Positions 43,220-53,637 of a DNA stretch of 64,000 bases are shown here, one piece after another. The position numbers and the translations under genes were made by a program. The notes beneath the pieces were generated by a model. That model was given only the letters and a program-made list of their open reading frames with translations, was not told where the DNA came from and ran no database searches. Position 1 is the stretch's first letter, and every line of letters starts with the position of its first letter. The stretch comes from Spirochaetota bacterium (GTDB taxonomy: Bacteria > Spirochaetota > UBA6919 > CBDBPB01). The stretch covers positions 32,001-96,000 of the forward strand of contig CBDBPB010000001.1 in NCBI GenBank assembly GCA_965208615.1, given 5' to 3'.

Positions 43220-43579
43220 CTAAATAGATATAGCATTTTTAGCCTTTTCAACTATTAATTTAAAGGTGCCTTTATCTTCAATTGCCATATTAGATAACAC
43301 CTTACGATTTAGTTCTATACCAGCTTTATTTAGTCCATATATGAACTTGCCATAACTAATACCATATTCTCTAACAGCGGCATTAATCCTAACTATCCAT
43401 AATCTTCTAAAATCTCTTTTTTTTCTACGTCTATCTTTATAGGCAGAATATAAAGACCTCATAACGGCTTCTTTTGCTGTATGATAGTTCTTACTTCTTC
43501 TACCTCTAAAGCCTTTTGCTAATTTTAGTACTTTTTTTACTCTTTTGTGATGGACAACTCCATTCTTTACTCTAGGCAT
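43220..43579 (-). CDS. rplT: 50S ribosomal protein L20
   Basis: [26 protein letters not shown]. Confidence 0.99.
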   Translation of the reverse strand: MPRVKNGVVHHKRVKKVLKLAKGFRGRRSKNYHTAKEAVMRSLYSAYKDRRRKKRDFRRLWIVRINAAVREYGISYGKFIYGLNKAGIELNRKVLSNMAIEDKGTFKLIVEKAKNAISI

Positions 43580-43593
43580 AATTTTCCTCTTAA

Positions 43594-43794
43594 CTAAGCG
43601 TATGGTATCATTTTTTTAATATTCTTACTATTAGCAGGACTAACCACTACACTTTGTCTATATTTTCTTTTTCTCTCTTGGGATTTCTTTGTTAATATAT
43701 GATTTGCAAAAGCTTTATTTCTTTTAATTTTTCCATTTTTAGTCAACTTAAATCTTTTTTGTGCAGATTTTTTTGTTTTAATCTTTACCTTCAT
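43594..43794 (-). CDS. rpmI: 50S ribosomal protein L35
   Basis: [19 protein letters not shown]; located between infC and rplT. Confidence 0.97.
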   Translation of the reverse strand: MKVKIKTKKSAQKRFKLTKNGKIKRNKAFANHILTKKSQERKRKYRQSVVVSPANSKNIKKMIPYA

Positions 43795-43828
43795 TACAAA
43801 CTCCCTAACTAACCTTTATTTATATACA

Positions 43829-44338
43829 TTATTTTGCAGGTGCTAAAATCATAACAATTTGTCTACCTTCTAATCTAGGCTCACGTTCAATAGCAACCAT
43901 ACCTTTTAAGTCATCTTTTAGTTTTTTTAATATATTCATTCCAAGTTCTGTATGTGCCATTTCCCTTCCTCTAAACTGCATAGTCACCTTAACTTTATCA
44001 CCCTTAGAAATAAATGTGTTAATATGCTTAAGTTTATATTGATAATCGTGTCGGTCTATCTTTGGACGCATCTTAATCTCTTTTAACTGGATTTTCTTAG
44101 CATTCTTCTGAGATTTACGCCTTGCTTTTTTCTGATCAAACTTAAACTTACCGTAGTTCAATATCTTACAAACAGGAGGTCTAGAAGTAGGAGAAATTTC
44201 TACTAAATCAAGGTCTTTATCAAAGGCTATTTTCATAGCCTCCTCAGTTTTAATAACCCCATGTTGTTCGCCATTTTCTCCTATCAGCCTTACCTCAGGC
44301 ACTCTAATTTGTTTATTAACTCTATATTCTTTTTCTAT
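43829..44338 (-). CDS. infC: Translation initiation factor IF-3 with probable non-canonical ATA start
   Basis: RVNKQIRVPEVRLI, DLVEISP, PPVCKI, FRGRE; GAGGT 6 nt before an in-frame ATA at 44338. Confidence 0.95.
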   Translation of the reverse strand: MEKEYRVNKQIRVPEVRLIGENGEQHGVIKTEEAMKIAFDKDLDLVEISPTSRPPVCKILNYGKFKFDQKKARRKSQKNAKKIQLKEIKMRPKIDRHDYQYKLKHINTFISKGDKVKVTMQFRGREMAHTELGMNILKKLKDDLKGMVAIEREPRLEGRQIVMILAPAK

Positions 44339-44358
44339 GGCGATACCTCTAACTTTAT

Positions 44359-46275
44359 TTATCTTATTAATATTTCTTTTTCTAACTGCTCAATAAAAGA
44401 ATTTATATTAGTATGTCCTAATTCACCTTTATCACGACTTCTTACAGATAGCTCATTGTTTTCAAGTTCATTATCACCTAATATAATCATATATGGGATT
44501 TTTTCCAACTGTGATTTACGAATTTTATATCCTAATTTCTCATTTTGAAAGTCAATCTCTACTCTAATTTTTTTTCTTATAAGAAGTTCTTCAATTTTTT
44601 TAGCATAACTAAAATGTTTTTCTAAAATAGGAATTAACCTAACCTGTATAGGCGATAACCATAAAGGTAGTTTTCCAGCATAATGTTCTATTAAGATTCC
44701 AATAAATCGCTCTAATGAACCCAATATTGCCCTGTGAATCATAACAGGACTATGTTTTTGCCCGTCTGAACCTTCGTAATATAAATCCAACCTTTTTGCC
44801 ATAGAAAAATCAACCTGTATAGTACCACACTGCCAATCTCTTTCTAATGAGTCTTTAATATTAAACTCTATTTTAGGCCCATAAAAAGCACCTTCTCCCT
44901 CTTTTATTTGATAATCAATGTTTAGTTGTTCCAACGACTCCATTAAAGACTTGGTTGCATGATTCCAATCATCTTCACCGCCTATAAACTTGTCAGGCTT
45001 AGTAGCAAGATAAATAGTAAAATCCCTAAAGCCAACAGTTCTATAAACATAAAGAGTATAATCAATAAGGCCTATAATCTCATCTTTAACCTGACTCTTA
45101 AGACAATAAATATGAGCATCATCCTGAGTAAAGTTCCTAACACGAAATAAGCCATGAAGTACACCAGAAAGCTCATGCCTGTGAACTAAGCCAAACTCAG
45201 AAAACTTAATAGGAAGCTCTTTATAAGAATGAAGATTAGTTTTATAGATCAAACAATGTCCAGGGCAGTTCATAGGCTTAACTGCAAAGTTACGGTTGTC
45301 TATTTTAGTAAAATACATATTCTCCTTAAAGTTGTCATAATGGCCACTGGCGTGCCACAAAGACTCATGAAGAATAATAGGAGTTTTTACCTCTTTATAA
45401 CCACGCTTTTGATTCTCATGTTTTATTAAGTCTAGTAGAGCATCATAGACTATTGAACCTTTTGGATGCCAAAAAGGAAAACCTGTACCCTCATCATGAA
45501 AGCTAAATAACTGAAGCTCTTTTCCAAGTTTTCGATGATCCCGCTTTTTAGCCTCTTCTAGCCTATTAATATAAGATAACAAATCCTTTTTGGCAAAAAA
45601 AGCAGTTCCATAAATCCTTTGTAGCATCCTATTATTAGAATTACCACGCCAATATGCCCCTGCAATACTCAAAAGCTTAAATGCCTTTAAGTATTTGGTA
45701 TTAGGTATATGAGGACCTCTGCAAAGATCAGTAAAATTATCTTGACTATAAATAGATACCGTATCTATATTATTAGACTTAATATCCTCTAATATCTCAA
45801 CCTTATAAATATCTTCTTTAGTCCTAAAGTAGTTAATAGCTTTGTCAATATTGCTTTCCCGTCTTTCAAATACATAGCCCTCTTTAATAATGCTCTGCAT
45901 CTCAAGTTCAATCTTTTCCAAGTCCTCAGTGGTAAATGGAGACTTAACATCAAAGTCGTAATAAAATCCATCTTTAATAGCAGGCCCAATAGCATACTTA
46001 GCATCAGGAAATAACCTCTCTACTGCCTGTGCCATAATATGTGCCGCACTATGACGCAATATCTCTAAAGAAGATTCACTTTTAGACGTTATAACCTCTA
46101 AGTCAATATCACCCTTAACAACATAAGATAAATCCACTAACTCAGTATTAACCTTAGCAGCTATAGCATTCTTAGCAAAACCTCTACCAATATCCTTAGC
46201 AATATGCTCTATAGTAATACCTAAATCATACTCTCTCTGTGAGCCATCAGAAAGCTTAATCTTTACTTTGCTCAT
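44359..46275 (-). CDS. thrS: Threonyl-tRNA synthetase
   Basis: TGS domain, DLCRGPH, RDHRKLG, KPMNCP, FYGPK, HRAILGSLERF. Confidence 0.98.
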   Translation of the reverse strand: MSKVKIKLSDGSQREYDLGITIEHIAKDIGRGFAKNAIAAKVNTELVDLSYVVKGDIDLEVITSKSESSLEILRHSAAHIMAQAVERLFPDAKYAIGPAIKDGFYYDFDVKSPFTTEDLEKIELEMQSIIKEGYVFERRESNIDKAINYFRTKEDIYKVEILEDIKSNNIDTVSIYSQDNFTDLCRGPHIPNTKYLKAFKLLSIAGAYWRGNSNNRMLQRIYGTAFFAKKDLLSYINRLEEAKKRDHRKLGKELQLFSFHDEGTGFPFWHPKGSIVYDALLDLIKHENQKRGYKEVKTPIILHESLWHASGHYDNFKENMYFTKIDNRNFAVKPMNCPGHCLIYKTNLHSYKELPIKFSEFGLVHRHELSGVLHGLFRVRNFTQDDAHIYCLKSQVKDEIIGLIDYTLYVYRTVGFRDFTIYLATKPDKFIGGEDDWNHATKSLMESLEQLNIDYQIKEGEGAFYGPKIEFNIKDSLERDWQCGTIQVDFSMAKRLDLYYEGSDGQKHSPVMIHRAILGSLERFIGILIEHYAGKLPLWLSPIQVRLIPILEKHFSYAKKIEELLIRKKIRVEIDFQNEKLGYKIRKSQLEKIPYMIILGDNELENNELSVRSRDKGELGHTNINSFIEQLEKEILIR

Positions 46276-46389
46276 AACATTATACGCCAACATTAAAAAG
46301 CATAAATAAACTATGCTTATTTAAAATAGTAAAACAATATACACCTTATAGACAGTCCTAATCTTAAGCAAGCATTTACTATACCTTAA

Positions 46390-47352
46390 TCATACAACTG
46401 CACTAGACTTCTTTTTAGACTTTCTTTGTCTAAGTAATTTCTTCTCTCTTTTAATAAGAAAGTTCTCCCACATAACTAATGCAGGACTAGCAATAAAAAT
46501 AGAACTATAAGTTCCAACAACAACTCCAATCAATAATGCAAACGAAAGATTCTTTAACGCATGCCCTCCTAAAATATATAAACATAAAACCACAAAAAAA
46601 GTAGTCAATGATGTTACCACTGTCCTACTCAGTGATTGATAAATACTCTTATTAACAACAAGCACATAATCATCAATATCCAAAAGACTCTTGTTCTCTC
46701 TAATCCTATCAAAAACTACTATGGTATCATTAAGTGAGTAACCCATAATAGTCATAAGTGCCACAACAGTAGATACATCCATTTCGCTATTAAAAAAAAG
46801 AATAAATGCCAAAACAATAGAAACATCATGTATTAATGCAATGATTGCGGCTACACCAAACTTAAACTGAAACCTAAGACCTATATAAAATAATATCAAA
46901 ACCAAAATAAGCAAACTAACAATAAGAGCTTGGTTTTTTATTATATCCCCTTGAGTAGGACTATAAATAGTCTCATTCTTAATCTCCATTTTAGGATATT
47001 TAAGCCTTAAAGGAGCTACAAGGTTTTTCTTAGAAAACTCCTTAATTCCTAATTCTTTTTTTTCTCCATCAGAATTGTACTCAAGGTCTTTATCGTTAAT
47101 GGATAATTTAATAATATACTCATTAGAATTGTCTAACAATTCAATAATATCAGCCCTATTCCCAACAACAGCAGTAATATCAGAGGAACTAACATTACTT
47201 TTAAAAGCTACCTGTAATTGCGCTCCTCCTTCAAAATCGCTACCGTAATCAAAGCCCTGTACAAATAAAAAAACAATGCCCAATATAATTATTAGCCCAG
47301 ATGCAGGATAAGCATATTTTTTAGCCTTAATAAAATCAAAAGTTTCTTTCAC
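46390..47352 (-). CDS. secF: Protein translocase subunit SecF
   Basis: GSDFEGG, IHDV, GYSLNDTIVVFDRIRE, GTYSSIFIA. Confidence 0.97.
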   Translation of the reverse strand: MKETFDFIKAKKYAYPASGLIIILGIVFLFVQGFDYGSDFEGGAQLQVAFKSNVSSSDITAVVGNRADIIELLDNSNEYIIKLSINDKDLEYNSDGEKKELGIKEFSKKNLVAPLRLKYPKMEIKNETIYSPTQGDIIKNQALIVSLLILVLILFYIGLRFQFKFGVAAIIALIHDVSIVLAFILFFNSEMDVSTVVALMTIMGYSLNDTIVVFDRIRENKSLLDIDDYVLVVNKSIYQSLSRTVVTSLTTFFVVLCLYILGGHALKNLSFALLIGVVVGTYSSIFIASPALVMWENFLIKREKKLLRQRKSKKKSSAVV

Positions 47353-47397
47353 ACTTAAGTCCTTAATTTATTGTGTTAGAAAATAAGTTAAAAATAC

Positions 47398-49356
47398 CTA
47401 TACATATACTTTCTTAAAACGAAAACCGTCTACAATTAAATCAAACATAAACCTAGTTACAAAAAGTGAAGTAAACATACTACTAATAATACCCCACATA
47501 AGAGTAAATCCAAAGCCCTTTATAATACCAGAACCAATCTGAGACAATATAAACGCCGCCAATATAGTAGTCAAATTGGAGTCAAAAATAGCAGAAAATG
47601 CTTTTCCATAACCGCCATCAATAACACTATGAACGGCTTTGCCTAGCCTATTTTCCTCACGTATTCGCTCAAATATTATAACATTAGCATCCACAGCCAT
47701 ACCCACAGTTAGAACTATACCAGCTATACCCGGTAGTGTAAGAGTAAAGTTGAAAGAGGATAAAATAGAAAGCAGTAAAAACATATTCAACAATAACGCA
47801 AAAACAGCTAATAAGCCACCAAGCCTATAATAAATAAGCATAAAAATAATAACTACACTAATACCAATAAGTATTGCATTTAATCCCTTTTCTTGATATT
47901 CTTTACCAAGCTTAGAATCAAGGGTTATCTCGCTCTCAACCCTTATCTTACCCGGCAAAGCACCAGCCTTCAATATGGCAACAAGACGCTTAACCTCTGA
48001 TAACTTTGGATTAGTACCCAATGTTATCTCTCCTCTATCCCTTATCTCGCTCCTAATAGACGGTGCACTCTTCACATTATCATCTAATACAATAGCAAGT
48101 TGTTTATTTATATTTTCTCTTGTAAGACGGGCAAACTTTTTTCCACCATCAGAGTCAAATTCAAAAACAACCCTTGGACTACCAGTTTGCTGATCATAGT
48201 CTATATGGGCATCACTAAGGTGAGTACCATCTACACCAACTATGTTTTTTAAAATAAGATAGCCTTTTAAGCTCGAGCTACCAAACTCTTCACCCTCTAT
48301 CACAGGATATATATTAGAATTATCTGTCTTATTAGAAAAAGTAATATTTTCATTTTCCTTTAAATAGTTAGTGAGCTCTTTTTTATTTAAATTTGCTCTA
48401 AGATAGCCAGCATATTCCCCTCTCTGGGTCTTATAGCTCAGTGGAATTTTATTCATTATATCATGATCAACTATTTGAAAAGTTAAGCGACCAGCTTCAG
48501 TTATAGTCTTTACAGTTGCCTCTACCTGACTTTTATCTAAACCAGGTAGCTCTACAAATATAGTATCCCCTAAACCCTTGCTAATAGTTGGTTCTGATAC
48601 CCCAAACTTATCTATACGGCTTCGGATAACAGTCATAGCCCTATCAGTAGCCTCATCAAGCTCTTTATCTAAACGTTCTTCATACTCATCTTGTAGTCTA
48701 ACCTTTCTTTTTTCTATTTCCTTTTGTAATTCAGCCTCTAATAAGTTATTGCCCTCATCCTTAATTTGAGCCTCTATAACCTCATTTTTCATTTTATTAT
48801 CATACAACCGCTTTAACTTATTCTCAGTGTCTTTCTGATCAACCTTTAATGTTAAATGAGTCCCACCAGCTAAATCCAAACCTAATTTAATTACCTTACC
48901 ACGCATCTCTTTAAAATAATTAAACTCGTTAAGAGTAGCTTGTCTTGCAACTACCTCTTGGCCTAACTTTAAAAACTTAGCTTTTGTATCAGCGTCAACT
49001 TTAGCAAAAACTTTTTGTATAATTAAATCTTTTTTAGTTAGATCAATAACATAGTCTTTATAGCCATTTTTTGATTCTTTTATATCTAAAATAACGCTGT
49101 CATTACTTTTATATTGAGCTTTTCTATTTTTTATAGGAATCATACTTCGCATTTTATATATTCTATTTTCAAGTTCATCGTTGATCTTTTTTAACTGATC
49201 ATTTGTCTTATTATACTGTTCTTTTTCATCTCCAAGTAAAAAGTACCAGTTGATGCTAGGAAATATACCCTGCGGAGGACTAATTAAGGGCCATAAGCCT
49301 ACAGAGCATATCCATAGTACAAACAAGATAATAAAAAAGCGACCTGATTTACTCAT
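47398..49356 (-). CDS. secD: Protein translocase subunit SecD
   Basis: LGLDLAGG, GVSEP, TLPGIAG, GMAVDANVIIFERIREE. Confidence 0.97.
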   Translation of the reverse strand: MSKSGRFFIILFVLWICSVGLWPLISPPQGIFPSINWYFLLGDEKEQYNKTNDQLKKINDELENRIYKMRSMIPIKNRKAQYKSNDSVILDIKESKNGYKDYVIDLTKKDLIIQKVFAKVDADTKAKFLKLGQEVVARQATLNEFNYFKEMRGKVIKLGLDLAGGTHLTLKVDQKDTENKLKRLYDNKMKNEVIEAQIKDEGNNLLEAELQKEIEKRKVRLQDEYEERLDKELDEATDRAMTVIRSRIDKFGVSEPTISKGLGDTIFVELPGLDKSQVEATVKTITEAGRLTFQIVDHDIMNKIPLSYKTQRGEYAGYLRANLNKKELTNYLKENENITFSNKTDNSNIYPVIEGEEFGSSSLKGYLILKNIVGVDGTHLSDAHIDYDQQTGSPRVVFEFDSDGGKKFARLTRENINKQLAIVLDDNVKSAPSIRSEIRDRGEITLGTNPKLSEVKRLVAILKAGALPGKIRVESEITLDSKLGKEYQEKGLNAILIGISVVIIFMLIYYRLGGLLAVFALLLNMFLLLSILSSFNFTLTLPGIAGIVLTVGMAVDANVIIFERIREENRLGKAVHSVIDGGYGKAFSAIFDSNLTTILAAFILSQIGSGIIKGFGFTLMWGIISSMFTSLFVTRFMFDLIVDGFRFKKVYV

Positions 49357-49416
49357 CCTAACTCCCAGATATTTTAAATATAATTCACAATAACACTAAA
49401 CCAACTATCTGCTAAA

Positions 49417-49737
49417 CTATACCTCACCTTTTGCTACAACCCTTGTTATAGCATTTTTATTAATCTCTACTTTAACATCATCAGCTATTTTAGCAACAAT
49501 AATATCATCCTTAATGCCTACAACGGTAGCATAAATCCCACCAGCAGTCATAAACCTATCACCCTTTGTCATAGTACTAACCTGGCTTTTAAGTTCTTTT
49601 TCTCTCTTTTTTTGAGGTCTTATTAATAAAAAATAAAATATAGCAAAAAACCCCACTATCATAAGTAAAGGCATATAACCAGAAAAGCCTCCAGCCTCAC
49701 CTGTTGCTTGGGCAAGAAATAATAAATCTAAATTCAT
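49417..49737 (-). CDS. yajC: Preprotein translocase subunit YajC
   Basis: FYFLLIRPQKK and GD...TAGGI. Confidence 0.96.
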   Translation of the reverse strand: MNLDLLFLAQATGEAGGFSGYMPLLMIVGFFAIFYFLLIRPQKKREKELKSQVSTMTKGDRFMTAGGIYATVVGIKDDIIVAKIADDVKVEINKNAITRVVAKGEV

Positions 49738-50109
49738 TTGTCTTCTCCTATTAACATTATTTACAGATTATTAACTCATACACTGATATATCTTAAACAC
49801 CCAATGTAATATTTAACTATAATGATTATCCAGCATACAAATTGTCAAATTATCATTCAAAACAATATATGTTATTTTTGAGGCTTAAGTATAATAAAAA
49901 AAAGATCTATCGACAAGGTCTTTACTACACTTATGTATATCTATATTCTAAAATATACCATAATTATTGAAGAATTATGGTATTAATTGTTTTACTAGTG
50001 TAGAAAGGTATTATAAGCTATCTTATATTCATAGAGCTTACTAAAATATAAATAAAACCTATTTAGCAATTGTCTTTAAATAATTCTTTACTTAAAAATT
50101 AGTAACAAC

Positions 50110-50146
50110 AAAAAAAGGGGCTAAGCAATAAATTGACTTAAGCCCC
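50110..50146 (-). terminator. Intrinsic terminator downstream of the ankyrin gene
   Basis: GGGGCT...AGCCCC stem with a T run on the minus strand. Confidence 0.65.
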
Positions 50147-50232
50147 ATATTATAAGTAAGTTACATTGTACTATCTTATTATTTATATTAAAAAAGGTTT
50201 AACTTTCCTTAAGCTTAATACAACAATTAGGA

Positions 50233-51765
50233 TTATGGCTTAAGGAGCTTCTTTATTTCGTCAGTTTTTGCTATATCAAGTGGAGTTCTGCCTTTTTTAT
50301 CTTTTATATTAATATTGGCTCCTTTAGATAGTAATAATTTAACAACCTTTGGACGTTCATATTTAACAGCCATAAATAAAGGAGTTTTGCCTTTTTTATC
50401 TTTTTTATTAATCTTAGCTCCTTTAGACAGCATCATGCTAACAAACTCTGCCTTTCCATATTTAGAAGCCACATGTAAAGAAGTTTTGCCATGTTTTTTA
50501 CTTGCGGCATTAACCTTAGCCCCTTTAGATATTAATAATAGTCCAGTCTTTGTATGCCCATGTTCAGCGGCCTCATATAGAGGAGCGTTACCCTTCTTTA
50601 CAGTTGCTACATTAACTTTAGCCCCTTTAGATATTAATAACTTAGCTACCTCTGTCTTTCCAAACTCACTAGCCACATGTAAAGGGGTCCAACCACGATT
50701 TTCTTTTGCATTGACCTTAGCCTTATTAGATATTAATGATTTGGTTATCTTTACATCCCCCCAAAAAGAGGCCCTATGTAAAGGTGTATAACCGGTTTTA
50801 TCCTTTGCATTAACATTGGCTCTATTAGATATTAATAGATTAACAATTTCTGGAAGTTCGCTAATAACAGCCAGATGTAAAGGAGAGTTACCAAGAGCAT
50901 CTGCTGCATTAACATCGGCTTTTTTAGATATTAATAATTTAACAGCCTTTGAACGTCCATGTTGAACAGCCATCAATAAAGGAGTTCTGCTTTTTTTATC
51001 TTTTTTATTAACCTCAGCTCCTTTAGATAGTAATAAGCTAATAACCTTAGTTTTTCCATACTTAGAAGCCACATGTAAAGAAGTTTTGCCATGCTTTTTA
51101 CTTGCTCCATTAATCTTAGCTCCTTTAGATAATAAAAACTTGATTACTTCTATATGTCCATGCTCAGCGGCCTCATATAAAGGAGCGTTACCCTTTTTAG
51201 TCTCTATATCAACCTCAACGCCCTTATCTATTAATAATTTGACTACCTCTAACTTTCCAAACTCACCAGCTATATGTAAAGGACTCCAGCCACGATCATC
51301 AGGCTCAGCAACCTTAGCACCTTTATCTACTAATAACTTGGCAGTATTTATATCTCCACTATTAGCAACCCTATGTAAAGGAGTATTACCGGTTTTATCT
51401 TTTGCATTAACTTCAGCTCCTTTATTTATTAATAACTTGGCAACTTCTGGATGCCTACTAATAATAGCATTATGTAAAGGAGTATTACCAAATTCACCTA
51501 CTGCATTAACCCCAGCTCCCTTAGAAAGTAATAGTTGAGCTATCTTCATATCACCATTACCAGCAGCCATGTGTAAAAAAGTATTACCATTTTTGTCTGA
51601 TACATTAACCTCAGCTCCTTCACTTATTAACTTTTCTACTATTTTATAGTCGTTAGCTAAATTGTTAGTACTACTTTTAGATACTGATGTCTTTTTTGAT
51701 TGTCCACAATTTAGTACTAACGAAAAAGTTAACAAAAAGGTAATCACTGTGAGTAATTTTTTCAT
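50233..51765 (-). CDS. Ankyrin-repeat lipoprotein (about 14 repeats)
   Basis: MKK...VLNC signal; G.TPLH.A...G......LL..GA.VN repeats. Confidence 0.95.
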   Translation of the reverse strand: MKKLLTVITFLLTFSLVLNCGQSKKTSVSKSSTNNLANDYKIVEKLISEGAEVNVSDKNGNTFLHMAAGNGDMKIAQLLLSKGAGVNAVGEFGNTPLHNAIISRHPEVAKLLINKGAEVNAKDKTGNTPLHRVANSGDINTAKLLVDKGAKVAEPDDRGWSPLHIAGEFGKLEVVKLLIDKGVEVDIETKKGNAPLYEAAEHGHIEVIKFLLSKGAKINGASKKHGKTSLHVASKYGKTKVISLLLSKGAEVNKKDKKSRTPLLMAVQHGRSKAVKLLISKKADVNAADALGNSPLHLAVISELPEIVNLLISNRANVNAKDKTGYTPLHRASFWGDVKITKSLISNKAKVNAKENRGWTPLHVASEFGKTEVAKLLISKGAKVNVATVKKGNAPLYEAAEHGHTKTGLLLISKGAKVNAASKKHGKTSLHVASKYGKAEFVSMMLSKGAKINKKDKKGKTPLFMAVKYERPKVVKLLLSKGANINIKDKKGRTPLDIAKTDEIKKLLKP

Positions 51766-51917
51766 TTTAAAGCCTCCTTAAAGATATATTTATTTTATTA
51801 ATAAAATATCAATAAAAGAGTGAAAAAGCAAATAGCTATTTATGGACAACATTAGTCAGTTAATCATCTATGCCACAAAAAGTAAACTTAATATTTACCT
51901 AATTATTACATAATAAT

Positions 51918-52770
51918 TGTTATCGATTGTTTTAGTAGTGTAGAAAGGCATTATAAGTTAGTTTATCTTTCTAAAACTTCCTAGTTAACATTTTTAATAA
52001 AAAAATAGTTTTTTTATTAAAAATGAGCTAATTTATAAAGTTAAATTTTAAAAATAACAAAACAGGGTAGGAGAAGGCGGGGCTATTTATAATAATGAAG
52101 AGCAAAAGTATTCTAAGGTAATTTATCTTTTTTTAAAACTTAAAAAACACAGATTATGAAGTTATAGAAAGTGTTCTGATGAAGGTAAAAAGGTTATGAA
52201 AGAGGTTTTTGACAATGGGGATAAATATAAACATGTAGGTTTAGACTTTGAGTTAGGGCTGATAAGCATATTTATTTTTTTGTTAAGGTTAAAGGGATAT
52301 TATTTAATAATTTAGTTATCATTTTATGATAGAATTATAACGAGGCATACAAGGTAAAAAGGCAAGACATATAACGTAAAGGGAAGTGAATTCCAGATTT
52401 CTTTGTGGAACAGGAAAATTAAAATATTCATGGAAAAGTTATTTCCTTGTGTCAAGCAGGTTATCCCTTTATGCTCTTTAAGTGCTGCTTAAATGCCTTA
52501 GCAATGAACACAAAATATCACTTTTTATGCAAGTAGTCATCACTACGAGAGCTATTAAGAATCCCTTGCTGAGACTAAGGATTATAGACCTTTATTAAGT
52601 GTTAACGGATTTATTGTTCTATAAAAGGATAGAGCGGATTATTGGAATATTCTATATTGACTTTATGTGTATATTTCTATGGGAATTAAAAATAATAGAA
52701 CAGCTTATACCTATAAAAATTGATTAACTTAGAACGTTTTTACAATAAACTACTAAAACGCTTGATAACA
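51918..52770. mobile_element. Putative non-autonomous element (MITE-like), copy 2
   Basis: Left TGTTATCGATTGTTTTAGTAGT, right ACTACTAAAACGCTTGATAACA; 52099-52770 homologous to about 10515-11186. Confidence 0.6.
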
Positions 52771-52839
52771 AATTGTATCCCATTTGAGTAAATAATAAAT
52801 AAATAAAACCTAAAATAATCCTAATTATGAATGTATTAT

Positions 52840-53430
52840 CTATTTTATAAAACGCTTTTTAATAACCACCGTAGAACCTACTATATCATGAAAAGCACGT
52901 CTTTGCTTATTCCTAAATAAAACCACTAAATTAATTATAATCCATATCAAAAAAGATATACCAATAAAAATTGATAAACTTTCTATCCATGCTAAATAAG
53001 GAATAACTCCTCCTCCCCAAGCATAAATAAAATCTCTCTCCAAAAAAACCCAAAAAATAAATGAAAACATAACTAACAAAATAACTTCAACTAAAGAACG
53101 TCTTAATACCCTAAGCCATCTAACAGAAGAACCATCCACTCCCCTAACCCGAATGCCAACTATAAACTTTCCTAATGTGGCTCCAAAAAATATGGTAAGG
53201 ACTAACTTATATATCAAATAAAAAGTTAATAAAAAAATAACTATAGTAGGTGCATATACTCTATAGTCAATACCAAGAGGATATAAGCCGCTTTGGATTA
53301 TTATAACTAAAATAGCAATAATAATTGAAACATCCAGTAAAAAAGCGGCTAATCGTCTCATAAGTCCAACGTAAACCTTAGTTCCATCTACGGTTAAAGG
53401 TAAAAAGTTATTATCTTTCCCGCTATCCAT
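52840..53430 (-). CDS. RDD family membrane protein
   Basis: RRLAAFLLD, GATLGK...GIRV, HDIVGST.V. Confidence 0.9.
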   Translation of the reverse strand: MDSGKDNNFLPLTVDGTKVYVGLMRRLAAFLLDVSIIIAILVIIIQSGLYPLGIDYRVYAPTIVIFLLTFYLIYKLVLTIFFGATLGKFIVGIRVRGVDGSSVRWLRVLRRSLVEVILLVMFSFIFWVFLERDFIYAWGGGVIPYLAWIESLSIFIGISFLIWIIINLVVLFRNKQRRAFHDIVGSTVVIKKRFIK

Positions 53431-53637
53431 TTATAACACCCCTTTTTCTAAAACCTTAAAATATTATCCGCATTATCTGACTAATAAACTTAACTATGAA
53501 AATTATATTAGTAAAGAAATCTATAAAAAAAACAATAAAAATTACGTCAACAATACTTAACAATTAAGTTAAAAAAAAGAAATTGCATTGTAAAAAAGTG
53601 TTAACTTAAAAATATAATATATAAGGGAGTCTAAAAT

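Noticed and set aside
50315-51538. Plus-strand ORFs antisense to the ankyrin genes (also 63018-63233)
   Set aside because: Shadow ORFs produced by repeat codon structure
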